This document shows, in pieces, positions 9,276 through 17,887 of a stretch of DNA of 64,000 nt. The DNA comes from a bacterium (GTDB lineage Bacteria > Patescibacteriota > Minisyncoccia > Phycocordibacterales > Phycocordibacteraceae): contig JAHFML010000003.1 in the NCBI GenBank assembly GCA_023269085.1, positions 52,863 through 116,862 on the forward strand, written 5' to 3'. Within the stretch, counting starts at the first letter, position 1. Every line of letters begins with the position of its first letter. The notes below the pieces were generated by a model that saw only the letters and a list, made by a program, of their open reading frames with translations, did no database searches and had not been told where the DNA came from. A program made the position numbers and the translations under genes.

Positions 9276-9330
9276 CGTGCTACAGTACCTTCATGCTTAA
9301 ACTCACATCATTCGGCGGGGCGGGGAAGGT
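9276..9330 (+). repeat. Direct repeat DR-R (partner of 8513..8568); contains the start codon of the beta-CASP RNase gene
   Basis: see DR-L. Confidence 0.8.
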
Positions 9331-10741
9331 GACGGGCTCTAACTTTTTGATCGAAGGCGTACAGGCTAAAACCGCCGAAGGCGGTTCGCCCGACGCGGCA
9401 CAGAGTGCCGCGTTTAGGGGCAAGATGCTCGTCGACTGCGGTATGGAGCAGGGGGGCGACTTCGCGGTCGCCGAGATCTATGCGCCCTTCGCCTATGATG
9501 CCGCTTCTATCGACGCGCTCGTCGTGACGCACGCGCACCTCGATCATGTCGGGCGTATCCCCAAGCTTGTGCGGGAAGGGTTCAAAGGGAAAATATATAT
9601 GACTCCGCCGACCAAGGATCTCGCGCTCCTCATCCTTCACGATTCCATTAACATCTTGCGCGAAGAAGCGATGCGCCTCGGCAGGGCGCCCTTGTATGAA
9701 GCCGAGGATGTCGAGCGCGCGACCGCACTCATCGAAACGCTCGACTATCATATTGAGAAAGAAGTGGCGCCGGGCCTCTCGGTCTATTATCGCAACACGG
9801 GGCACATCCTCGGCGCGGCGAGCGTGCGCATCACGGATGAAGAGGGCACCGTGCTCGTGCTCACGGGCGACATCGGCAACTCGCCCTCGCCGCTCCTGCC
9901 CGACTGGGAGCCGGTCCCGGGCGCCGATGCGCTCCTCATGGAGAGTGTGTATGGCGACCGGCTCCACCCGGCGCACGCTGATCGCGTCGCGCGCTTGCGC
10001 GAGGCGCTCAAGCGCGCGATAGCGAAGGGCGGCACCATTCTTATCCCATCCTTCTCGATAGAACGCACCCAGCTCATGCTCTATGAGCTCTCCAACTTCT
10101 TCTCGGCGAGCGAGCTCCCGCCGGTGCCCGTCTTCCTCGATTCGCCGCTCGCTATCCATGTGACCGAGGTGTATGAGAAGTATGGCGCGACCTACTTCAA
10201 GAGCGAGGCCGAAGAGGAGATGAAGCGCGAGAAGAGCCTTTTCGAGTTCCCCTTCTTACAGAAGACGCTCGCACCAGAGGACTCGGCCGCGATAGCGAAG
10301 GTGCCGAGCCCGAAGATTATCATCGCGGGCGCGGGCATGAGCCATGGCGGCCGCATCGGCCGCTGGGAGGCGCGCTACTTGCCCGACCCAACCACGACGC
10401 TTCTCATCGTCGGCTACCAAGCCCCCGGCTCGCCGGGCAGGCGCATGGCCGACGGCGCACCGACGGTGCGCCTCGGCGGGCAGACGATTCACAATAGAGC
10501 GACCGTCGAGATTCTCGAGGGTTGGTCGGCGCATGCTGATCGCGACGAGCTTTTGAAATTTGCCGAAGAGGCACTCACCGACAAAAATAAAAAACTCAAG
10601 ACCATCTTCGTCGCGCTCGGCGAGCCTTCGGCCGAACGGTTCCTCGCCCAGCGCATCCATGACTACCTCGGCGCGACCGCCATAGTCCCCGAGCCCGCCG
10701 AGACATGGGAGATCTCGAAGGATGAGGTGAAGAGGGTGTGA
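9293..10741 (+). CDS. MBL-fold beta-CASP family ribonuclease (RNase J/CPSF-like)
   Basis: MLKLTSFGGAGKVTGSNFLIEG...VVTHAHLDHVGRIPKL (HxHxDH); beta-CASP C-terminal motifs; start placed at the internal Met matching the duplicated fragment. Confidence 0.75.
   Translation: MLKLTSFGGAGKVTGSNFLIEGVQAKTAEGGSPDAAQSAAFRGKMLVDCGMEQGGDFAVAEIYAPFAYDAASIDALVVTHAHLDHVGRIPKLVREGFKGKIYMTPPTKDLALLILHDSINILREEAMRLGRAPLYEAEDVERATALIETLDYHIEKEVAPGLSVYYRNTGHILGAASVRITDEEGTVLVLTGDIGNSPSPLLPDWEPVPGADALLMESVYGDRLHPAHADRVARLREALKRAIAKGGTILIPSFSIERTQLMLYELSNFFSASELPPVPVFLDSPLAIHVTEVYEKYGATYFKSEAEEEMKREKSLFEFPFLQKTLAPEDSAAIAKVPSPKIIIAGAGMSHGGRIGRWEARYLPDPTTTLLIVGYQAPGSPGRRMADGAPTVRLGGQTIHNRATVEILEGWSAHADRDELLKFAEEALTDKNKKLKTIFVALGEPSAERFLAQRIHDYLGATAIVPEPAETWEISKDEVKRV
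9366..9418 (+). repeat. In-frame ~53-nt palindromic insertion element (TIR ctaaaac...gtttag, two hairpins), copy 1
   Basis: ctaaaaccgccgaaggcggttcgcccgacgcggcacagagtgccgcgtttagg; ~80% identical to 56629..56678 in gatC. Confidence 0.75.
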
Positions 10742-10760
10742 TGTGGTATGCTTAACTTCT

Positions 10761-10955
10761 ATGGCGAAAGATTGGTCAAAACTCTATAAAAAATACAAAG
10801 GACTGTGGGTTGCTCTTGCGCAAGACGAAGAGACGGTGCTCGGTTTCGGTCCTACGGTGCAAGAGGCCGTCAAGAAGGCCCAGAAAAAAAGCGCCGAGAT
10901 GCCCTACCTCACTCGTGTCCCGAAGAATCTCAATGCGTATGTCGGCGTCATATGA
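10761..10955 (+). CDS. Small hypothetical protein (DUF5678-like)
   Basis: MAKDWSKLYKKYKGLWVAL...EAVKKAQKK pattern. Confidence 0.5.
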   Translation: MAKDWSKLYKKYKGLWVALAQDEETVLGFGPTVQEAVKKAQKKSAEMPYLTRVPKNLNAYVGVI

Positions 10956-11013
10956 AGTTCAGATACGCTCAGCATGAAAACAGAAGAGTTATTTCATGAG
11001 ATAGAAATAAAAA

Positions 11014-11037
11014 TGGTCCGCCAGTGAGGCGGACCAG
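11014..11037 (-). terminator. Rho-independent terminator after the membrane-protein gene
   Basis: ggtccgcc agtg aggcggacc hairpin preceded on the + strand by an A-run (a T-run on the - strand). Confidence 0.5.
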
Positions 11038-11041
11038 ATGA

Positions 11042-11668
11042 TCAAGTAATCATGACAAGAACCGTCACAATCATGAAGAGCCCGTTTTCGAGGGAAAACC
11101 CAGACACCTCAAGTGCTTGAAGCGGGCTAGTTGTCCGGTTGCACAACTTGTGCGGCAGTTCTTCGACAAGCGTGACATTTATCGTCGCGCCGAGGATCCA
11201 CATACCCCACCCGAGCAGCATCCACTCGGTCGGTAAATCGTGTGGCTCGAGATATTGCTTGAGCTGCGGATAGAACGACAAGATGTCGGCTGCAATGCCG
11301 CCCAAAAACAAGATGCGGGCGTTCCACTTTCCTGTTATACCGCCTATCGTAGCCCAAAGGCTGATAGTTACGACTATGCCAAATAGCACGACACTTTCGG
11401 CATGACCGAGGTTGAAAGTAGAGCCTCTTCGGCAGATCGCCAAGATGAGCATTGAGGCGTTCCCAATAAGGAACCCGAATGGCATGCGCCAGCCAGCAAA
11501 TCCTTGCGTATGCGATGCATAAAGTAACATCGCTGAAAGGATGAGCCAGAGGCTGTATGAAGCGGTATTTACTTCTGACGGGTGTTGCCATCCGCCGACG
11601 CCGAGGGGTATATATGCCCCGGCGCTAAGGAGCAGGACAAGCCAGCTCCAATAATCTTTCCGAGACAT
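11042..11668 (-). CDS. Hypothetical polytopic membrane protein
   Basis: ~7 predicted hydrophobic helices; start at MSRKDYWSW. Confidence 0.55.
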   Translation of the reverse strand: MSRKDYWSWLVLLLSAGAYIPLGVGGWQHPSEVNTASYSLWLILSAMLLYASHTQGFAGWRMPFGFLIGNASMLILAICRRGSTFNLGHAESVVLFGIVVTISLWATIGGITGKWNARILFLGGIAADILSFYPQLKQYLEPHDLPTEWMLLGWGMWILGATINVTLVEELPHKLCNRTTSPLQALEVSGFSLENGLFMIVTVLVMIT

Positions 11669-11809
11669 GGTGTTCTCCCAAAGAACAACCTCCAATCGAG
11701 GCGGTAATATATTACCATACTTACTGCCTAGAAGTCAATTTTTGCAACTTGTAGCAAAAGGCCGCTACTTTAAGGCAACGGTCTTTTTGTAAAATGGGGA
11801 AGCGAGGCG

Positions 11810-12157
11810 TTAGCTGACCTGCTTGCTGATGCGTTCGAAGATCTCGGGCTTGGTCGAGGCGAATTCGGCGAGGACCTTGCGGTCGAGGCCGATGTTGGCC
11901 TTCTTCAACTTCGCGATGAAGGTGCTGTAGGACTGGTGCCCGAGCTCGCGGACCGCGGCGTTCAAGCGGACTATCCAGAGCTGACGGAAGACGGTCTTCT
12001 TGTCGCGACGATGGGCGAAGGCGTAGCGACCGGCGCGCATCAGGGCTTCGTGCGCGAAGTTGAGCTTCTTGGAGCGATTGCCGCGATAGCCCTTGGCGCG
12101 CTCGAGGAGATTCGTGCGTCGCTTGAGTGCCATCATGCCGCCTTTGATTCTTGTCAT
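11810..12157 (-). CDS. rplT: 50S ribosomal protein L20
   Basis: MTRIKGGMMALKRRTNLLERAKGYRGNRSKKLNFAHEALMRAGRYAFAHRRDKK. Confidence 0.95.
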   Translation of the reverse strand: MTRIKGGMMALKRRTNLLERAKGYRGNRSKKLNFAHEALMRAGRYAFAHRRDKKTVFRQLWIVRLNAAVRELGHQSYSTFIAKLKKANIGLDRKVLAEFASTKPEIFERISKQVS

Positions 12158-12181
12158 ACGAAAGTAATTAAATAAGGATAA

Positions 12182-12367
12182 TTAGGTGCCGGGGAGGAAG
12201 CGACGCTGCTCCTTGGCGGTGAGGCTGATGGTGATAGCGACGCGCTTGCCCGAGCGCTTCGAGCCGCTCTGCTTCGCATTGAAATGGTTCTGGCCCGCCT
12301 TGCGTGCGACGAGCTTGCCGGTGCGGGTGACGCGGATTCTTTTGGTATACGATTTATTTGTTTTCAT
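12182..12367 (-). CDS. rpmI: 50S ribosomal protein L35
   Basis: MKTNKSYTKRIRVTRTGKLVARKAGQNHFNAKQSG. Confidence 0.93.
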   Translation of the reverse strand: MKTNKSYTKRIRVTRTGKLVARKAGQNHFNAKQSGSKRSGKRVAITISLTAKEQRRFLPGT

Positions 12368-12939
12368 ATTTTGGTTTCGTCTTTCTGTGCTCCGGCAATC
12401 TCCTTTTCGCGTTTGGCTTGAGCTTGGAGATCTCGTTCGATGACGCCGGCAAACCCTTTTGGGCTCCGCGCTATCGGCTCGGCGACCTTGTAGGCGTAGG
12501 GGATGCGGGTGAGGAACTTCTCGAGGCGAACCTTGAGGAACTCCTCGCTCATCCCCTTGTAGCGCCCCTTGAGGAAGAGCTCGGCGCGGACCCGATGGCC
12601 CTCACTGAGCCATTCGGCGGCCTTTTTTGCCTTCAAGGCCATGTCGTTGTCGCCGGTGCCCACTTTGATCTGGACCTCCTTCGTCTCCGAGACTTTGACC
12701 TTCGCCCGGGCTACCTTCTCCTTCTTGCTCCGCTCATATTCGAATTTACCATAATCCATGATCTTCGCAACGGGCGGGGTCGCTGAGGGCGAGATCTCGA
12801 TGAGGTCGACTCCCGCCCTCTTTGCGGCCGCGAGAGCATCAGAAAGTGAGAGAACTCCCAGGTTTTCGCCTTCTGCACCAATAACGCGCAACTCAAGCGC
12901 GCGTATTTCATTATTGATGCGGATGCGTTCGGTAGCCAC
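12364..12939 (-). CDS. infC: Translation initiation factor IF-3
   Basis: INNEIRALELRVIGAEGENLGVLSLSDALAAAKRAGVDLIEISPSATPPVAKIMDYGKFEYE; conserved infC-rpmI-rplT operon. Confidence 0.93.
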   Translation of the reverse strand: MATERIRINNEIRALELRVIGAEGENLGVLSLSDALAAAKRAGVDLIEISPSATPPVAKIMDYGKFEYERSKKEKVARAKVKVSETKEVQIKVGTGDNDMALKAKKAAEWLSEGHRVRAELFLKGRYKGMSEEFLKVRLEKFLTRIPYAYKVAEPIARSPKGFAGVIERDLQAQAKREKEIAGAQKDETKI

Positions 12940-12987
12940 TGGAAGTCACTCGATTGTAGCACAAAAAGGCAGGAATATGCAACTTTT

Positions 12988-13016
12988 TCGCAGATACAAA
13001 AAATGCGCCGACCTGA
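12988..13016 (-). terminator. Rho-independent terminator (minus strand)
   Basis: gcgccgacc ttca ggtcggcgc stem with a T-run on the minus strand. Confidence 0.5.
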
Positions 13017-13030
13017 AGGTCGGCGCAGGA

Positions 13031-13318
13031 TCAGAGTATCTCAAAGAACGGAACGGACGTCACAGGAAACAGATCCGAACTGATGATGGAATCAGGGGAC
13101 AGCACCCACTCGTTGTTCTGAAAGATTAGTAGGTATGTTTGACCCGAGGGAGACCGTACGCGGGTTCCGCGTCTTCCCTTGGGGGGAAAGCATGGCACAA
13201 ACAGGCATTGATTCCGTGTGCCGCGTTTCTCCTGTGCAGGCTGCGTCATAAGCCAAAAGCTCTGAGCGTAGTATCCAACAACATCGCCGGATGTTATTAC
13301 ACCGTTGTGCGAGTCCAT
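13031..13318 (-). CDS. Small hypothetical protein (95 aa)
   Basis: Strong SD (AAGGAG, 5 nt spacing) upstream of ATG; terminator downstream; no recognisable domain. Confidence 0.35.
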   Translation of the reverse strand: MDSHNGVITSGDVVGYYAQSFWLMTQPAQEKRGTRNQCLFVPCFPPKGRRGTRVRSPSGQTYLLIFQNNEWVLSPDSIISSDLFPVTSVPFFEIL

Positions 13319-13400
13319 TTACATCTCCTTTTTTGCGATGAGTTGCGGGAGGGCCCACCCAAATTGCCCGTTGAGAGTAAAGCACGAGGTGAGTGTGGTG

Positions 13401-14342
13401 TCAATCGCCGCGGAGCTGATCGGGAGAGGTGAGAACGATCTCGGCCTGGCCCTGGTAGGAGGTGATCTTGCCGATCAGGGTGACCGTCTTGCCAGCATAT
13501 TTGGAAAGGTCGCCGAATTTTTTCACATCGTCGGCGAAGATGACGCCCGAGAAGGGGCAACCTTTGTAGGACTTGCAAAAGTCGAGGAAGACGGTGCCGC
13601 TCTTGCTCGTGTAGGCGTCGACGAGCGTGCCGCGCACCGAGGCAGTCGCGCCGATGTGCGCGGGAGCGTCGGTGGTGGCGATGGTGCCGATAGAAACGGG
13701 CGCGGCCGCGCTAGCGGCCGCGTTGGTGCCCGCATAGGCCGTGAATAATTTCTTCAAGATATTCTCATACGTCTGTCGCAGGGTCGGGTCGGTGCCGATT
13801 TCCAATAACTCATCATTTACGTTGGTCGCCGAATTCGTCCAGTTGTAGCTCCCGAGCGCATAGGCCGAATCGGTGACGAGCGCTTTGATATGCATGATGC
13901 CCGAGCCGCTCGCGTGTTTCTCGGTCTCGACCGGGATACCGGCCGCGACGAGCTCCGCGATGATCGGCTTGTCGTAGCTCTTAGCGCTCTCACCGCTGTC
14001 GACGAGCCCGCGCACCTCGACCCCGCGCCCCTTCGCCGCGACGAGCGCGTCGGCAACATCCTTGAGCGTGAACTCATAGATGGCGAAATAAATATGACTC
14101 TTCGCCGCATTGATGAGCGCAATGAGCTCTTTGTCATTCTGCTTTTGGTCGAGCGAGTAGAGCACGCGGGTCGTGCCTGCCTTCGGCTCGGCGACGGTCG
14201 TAGCGGGGACGCTCACACACGTACCTGCCACCGATCCCTTGTCGCTCGCCATCGCGTAGCCAATCGTTCCCGATGCGAGCACGAGCACGAGCGCCACCCC
14301 GGCACGAATCAGTTTCTGCTTCATGGCTGTAGTATAATCCAT
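13401..14342 (-). CDS. Secreted/membrane-anchored phospholipase D-family nuclease (Nuc-like) with C-terminal OB-fold-like domain
   Basis: N-terminal signal/TM region (LIRAGVALVLVLASG); HxK motif (GIMHIKALV) of PLD/Nuc nucleases; C-terminal beta-rich domain. Confidence 0.7.
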   Translation of the reverse strand: MDYTTAMKQKLIRAGVALVLVLASGTIGYAMASDKGSVAGTCVSVPATTVAEPKAGTTRVLYSLDQKQNDKELIALINAAKSHIYFAIYEFTLKDVADALVAAKGRGVEVRGLVDSGESAKSYDKPIIAELVAAGIPVETEKHASGSGIMHIKALVTDSAYALGSYNWTNSATNVNDELLEIGTDPTLRQTYENILKKLFTAYAGTNAAASAAAPVSIGTIATTDAPAHIGATASVRGTLVDAYTSKSGTVFLDFCKSYKGCPFSGVIFADDVKKFGDLSKYAGKTVTLIGKITSYQGQAEIVLTSPDQLRGD

Positions 14343-14344
14343 TT

Positions 14345-15046
14345 ATGGCACTCGTATTCGACATTGAGACGGTGGGGGAGAAGTGGGAGGCGCTTGATGA
14401 GACGACCCAGCATAACCTCTCGTGGTACTTGCGTGAGTCGTCGCGCTCGGAGGAGGAGTTTGAATATGAGATGAAAGAGTTGAAGGAGGGCATGGGCCTC
14501 TCGCCTCTGACCGGCAGTGTCGTCGCTATTGGTGTTTTCGATACGGAAAAAGAGAAAGGCGCGGTCTATTTCTCGGCGCCGGGCGAAACGATCGAGGCGC
14601 ACGAAGAGGGCGGCATCAAGTATGAAGCGATGGAGGAGAAGGAGATGCTTGAGAAGTTCTGGCAGGTCGCCACGGTGTGCAATGAGTTCGTCTCCTTCAA
14701 TGGTCGCGGCTTCGACGCGCCTTTCCTCGCTATTCGCTCGCTCGTGCACGGGGTCCGCCCGACGAAGGATCTACTCAGCAATCGCTACCTCTCGCTCCAG
14801 CGAGGCTGTGCGCATATCGACCTGATGGACCAACTCACCTTCTACGGCGCGGCGCGCTTCCGCAAATCGCTCCACCTCTTTTGTCGGGCGCTCGGTATCG
14901 AGAGCCCGAAGGCGGGTGGCACGACCGGCGACGACGTCGCGGCCCTCTATGCCAATAAAAAATATGAGGACATTGCGCGCTACAACGCGGGCGACCTCTT
15001 CGCCACCGCGGCACTCTATCACCGTTGGCACGATACGCTACGATAG
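14345..15046 (+). CDS. RNase H-like 3'-5' exonuclease (PolB-exo/YprB-like)
   Basis: MALVFDIETVG (Exo I motif), ...FNGRGFDAPFL (Exo II), ...YNAGDLFATAALY (Exo III). Confidence 0.65.
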   Translation: MALVFDIETVGEKWEALDETTQHNLSWYLRESSRSEEEFEYEMKELKEGMGLSPLTGSVVAIGVFDTEKEKGAVYFSAPGETIEAHEEGGIKYEAMEEKEMLEKFWQVATVCNEFVSFNGRGFDAPFLAIRSLVHGVRPTKDLLSNRYLSLQRGCAHIDLMDQLTFYGAARFRKSLHLFCRALGIESPKAGGTTGDDVAALYANKKYEDIARYNAGDLFATAALYHRWHDTLR

Positions 15047-15069
15047 TCGCTTTGTGATATGGTGAGCAC

Positions 15070-15543
15070 ATGAAAGGCGAGCGAGATATCCTGTGGCTCT
15101 TCGACTTCGCGCTCATCGCGAAGATGTTGAATGGCGCGCTTGAGACGCTCGCGGCCTTGCTCGTGCTATTCGTGCCGCCGGCATTCGTCATCAAGGTAGT
15201 CGAGTGGGCGACGAGCGGCGAGCTCGCACAGGATCCGACCGACCCCATCGCGACGCTTATCCGATCGACCGCACACACTTTCACCATCCACACGCATTAT
15301 CTCCTCGCGCTCTATCTCGCGCTCCACGGTGTCGTGAAGGTCGCGCTCGTCATCGGCATCTTCGCGAAGAAGCGAATCGCATACCCGCTCTTTATGCTTG
15401 CGCTCGCACTCTTCGGCGCGTATGAGCTCTATCGAGGGCTCCTCCTCAACGAGCTACTCCTCCAAGCGCTTGGCGCGTTCGATTTCGCGCTCCTGCTCCT
15501 CACGGCGTACGAGTATCGGCAGAGGTATCCGCTCCCTGCTTGA
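15070..15543 (+). CDS. DUF2127-like membrane protein
   Basis: 4 TM helices; pattern typical of DUF2127. Confidence 0.5.
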   Translation: MKGERDILWLFDFALIAKMLNGALETLAALLVLFVPPAFVIKVVEWATSGELAQDPTDPIATLIRSTAHTFTIHTHYLLALYLALHGVVKVALVIGIFAKKRIAYPLFMLALALFGAYELYRGLLLNELLLQALGAFDFALLLLTAYEYRQRYPLPA

Positions 15544-16126
15544 ATCGGCTGGCGAGCACATTGTGCCGGCCTATGAAGAAGAGAATGATGAGGAAGATTG
15601 CCGCGATGCCCCAGCGCACCGGCCCGATGAGCTCGGTGGTGAGCGTACCGAACCAATACGAAGCGGCGAAGAGCGCCGTCGTCCAGACGCTCGCGGCGGC
15701 GGTCACGACGAGGATAAAGGTGCCGAGCGGCGAGCCGAAGAAGCCGCTTGTCGTGTAGGTGGGGAAGCGCGCACCGGGGATGAAGCGCGCGGAGAAGACC
15801 GTGATGGCGAAACGCGTCTCGAGCCAGCCTCTGAAGGGGGCGGTCATCTCGTGATCAACGTAGCGCGCGAACCACGGGTGCTTGCTCGCGAGCCAGCCGA
15901 TACCGTAGAGCAGAATGTCGCCGAAGATGATGCCCGCATAGAGTGAAGCGAGGGCGAGCGGGATCGAGATAATATGGTCAGCCGCGAGGAGGCCGACGAT
16001 GATGGTCGTCGGGTCCTCGACGAAGAAGACGCCGATCATGATGGCCGCCGCGAAGAGGAATGGGCTCGCTGCTGCGCCGATGATGAAATTGTAGAGGAAA
16101 TGAAGATGCATGGGCCGCTTCAGCAT
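15500..16126 (-). CDS. DedA/VTT-domain membrane protein
   Basis: DedA-like motif region (GIIFGDILLYGIGW...); multiple TM helices. Confidence 0.65.
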   Translation of the reverse strand: MLKRPMHLHFLYNFIIGAAASPFLFAAAIMIGVFFVEDPTTIIVGLLAADHIISIPLALASLYAGIIFGDILLYGIGWLASKHPWFARYVDHEMTAPFRGWLETRFAITVFSARFIPGARFPTYTTSGFFGSPLGTFILVVTAAASVWTTALFAASYWFGTLTTELIGPVRWGIAAIFLIILFFIGRHNVLASRFKQGADTSADTRTP

Positions 16127-16170
16127 AGCAAATTTTTCTTTGTCGCGGGCGTAGTACAATAGGCGGACGT

Positions 16171-16749
16171 ATGCAAAGTGATGCTACCGATCAAGAAATC
16201 GTCCGCCGGACGCTCCATGATAAAGAATCCTTCGCGCTCCTCATCGAGCGATATGAGGCGAAGCTCCTGCGCTACCTCGAACGACTCGGCGTTGGCGTGA
16301 GAGAAGATCGGGAGGATATCTTGCAGAACGCCTTCGTGAAGGCCTACAAGAATTTGAACAGCTTCGACCCCGAACTCGAGTTCTCTTCGTGGATGTATCG
16401 CATCACGCACAACGAGGCGATGAGCTTCTTCCGGGCGAAGCGCGCGCGGCCGCAGGTGATCTTGAGCGAGGACGGTGAGTTGCTCCTCACCGAGTTGCGT
16501 GATGAATCGTCTGACACGGCGGCCATAGCCGAGCATCGTCTCGATAGCGAAGAGCTCGCGCGCGCGTTTGCAGAGCTCGAGCCGAAGTACCGCACGGCGC
16601 TCGTGCTCCGCTTCTTCGAGGACCGCTCCTACAACGAGATGTCGGACATTCTGCAGGTACCCGTCGGGACCGTCTCGACGCTCCTCTATCGAGCGAAGAG
16701 GGAGCTCAAGAAAGTATTACCCGAGCATCACCGTGCGAATCATTTTTGA
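16171..16749 (+). CDS. ECF-family RNA polymerase sigma factor
   Basis: sigma-70 region 2 (FVKAYKNLNSFDPELEFSSWMYRITHNEAMSFFR) and region 4 (YNEMSDILQVPVGTVSTLLYRAKREL). Confidence 0.88.
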   Translation: MQSDATDQEIVRRTLHDKESFALLIERYEAKLLRYLERLGVGVREDREDILQNAFVKAYKNLNSFDPELEFSSWMYRITHNEAMSFFRAKRARPQVILSEDGELLLTELRDESSDTAAIAEHRLDSEELARAFAELEPKYRTALVLRFFEDRSYNEMSDILQVPVGTVSTLLYRAKRELKKVLPEHHRANHF

Positions 16750-17654
16750 ATACCATGACCACCATGCCGCCATCTCACCATCACGACGATCCGCTCACGA
16801 AGCGGGTCCTTGAGCGCATCAGTGACGAGCACGTGCGCCCGCGCTGGGAGTTCGTAGTGAAGAATTACTTTTTTTGGGGACTCGGCGCGCTCGCGGTCTT
16901 GCTCGGCGCTCTCGCCGTGTCAGCTATCCTCTTCGAGGTCACCAATGTTGACTGGCGGCTCGCATCGGCGACGCATGGGAGTCTCGCCGCACTCATCCTC
17001 GCCGCCGCGCCGTATCTCTGGATCGTGGCGCTCATCGTGTTCGTTGTGGTCGGATATCGCAATGTCCGCCTGACGAGCCGCGGCTATCGGTATCGGCTTT
17101 CGACCATCGCGCTCGGGGCGGTCCTCACCTCGCTCACGCTCGGGAGCGCGCTCCATATGGGCGGCTTCAGCAGAGCGATTGAAGAATCGATCGGCGATCA
17201 TCCCGCCTTCTATCGCCCTATCCTCGCGACGGAACAGTCATGGTGGAATGCGCCCGAGAAGGGTCTCATCGGCGGTGTGGTGACAGCGGTCGCGCCGGAC
17301 ATCGCGTCCTTCACGGTGCGCGGGTTCGACGGCGCGACCTGGCAGGTCGACGGCGACGACCTCCTGCTTCGCGATCGCACGACGGTCGCGCGCGGCGGCA
17401 TGGTGCGCATTGTCGGCGTGCCGCTCGTCTCGACGAGCACATCGGGGACATTTTTCCATGCTTGCTTCGTTTTCCCCTTCGCGCCGATGATGGGCTGGCG
17501 CCATATGATGCCACCTCCGCCCTTGGCGACCCTTGCCTCGACGAGCGGGCACGAGTCTCCAGCCGAGCGCAGTGCCGAGTGTCGCGGCATTCAGCCCTAT
17601 CACGACCTCCGTCAAGTCGAGACCGATGATGCCGCCGCCTCGAACGAGAATTAG
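16746..17654 (+). CDS. Putative anti-sigma factor / membrane protein coupled to the ECF sigma
   Basis: 4-nt overlap with the sigma gene; N-terminal cytoplasmic segment then TM helices. Confidence 0.5.
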   Translation: MNTMTTMPPSHHHDDPLTKRVLERISDEHVRPRWEFVVKNYFFWGLGALAVLLGALAVSAILFEVTNVDWRLASATHGSLAALILAAAPYLWIVALIVFVVVGYRNVRLTSRGYRYRLSTIALGAVLTSLTLGSALHMGGFSRAIEESIGDHPAFYRPILATEQSWWNAPEKGLIGGVVTAVAPDIASFTVRGFDGATWQVDGDDLLLRDRTTVARGGMVRIVGVPLVSTSTSGTFFHACFVFPFAPMMGWRHMMPPPPLATLASTSGHESPAERSAECRGIQPYHDLRQVETDDAAASNEN

Positions 17655-17754
17655 TTTGTGCATATCTGGTTTGCACGAGTGCGCTGGGGGCTTGCTTTTT
17701 TGCATAATGTGTGCTAGTCTAAAACCTAGATAGAACCTTGCCATTACGCACGTT

Positions 17755-17813
17755 CGCCACAGCAGAAAGGGGCTTTCGCCAGTCGGCAGGCTCGGCCGTT
17801 TTCTGCTGTGGCG
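17755..17813 (+). promoter_or_regulatory. Conserved 5' leader stem-loop of DGR-1 target gene (paralogue at 54000..54058)
   Basis: cgccacagcagaaa...tttctgctgtggcg 14-bp stem with an inner hairpin; ~85% identical to the copy upstream of the second DGR target, with compensatory changes in the inner stem. Confidence 0.7.
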
Positions 17814-17887
17814 AACCGAATATGTCGGTGCGTCGTACAGCACGCGACAATATCAGCAATGATAGTCGCACAAAAGGAGATCGCATC

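Noticed and set aside
16746-17654. Anti-sigma protein C-terminus as a DGR target
   Set aside because: No similarity to either TR. The DGR-1 target is the downstream ORF beginning at 17888 with its own SD and leader hairpin.
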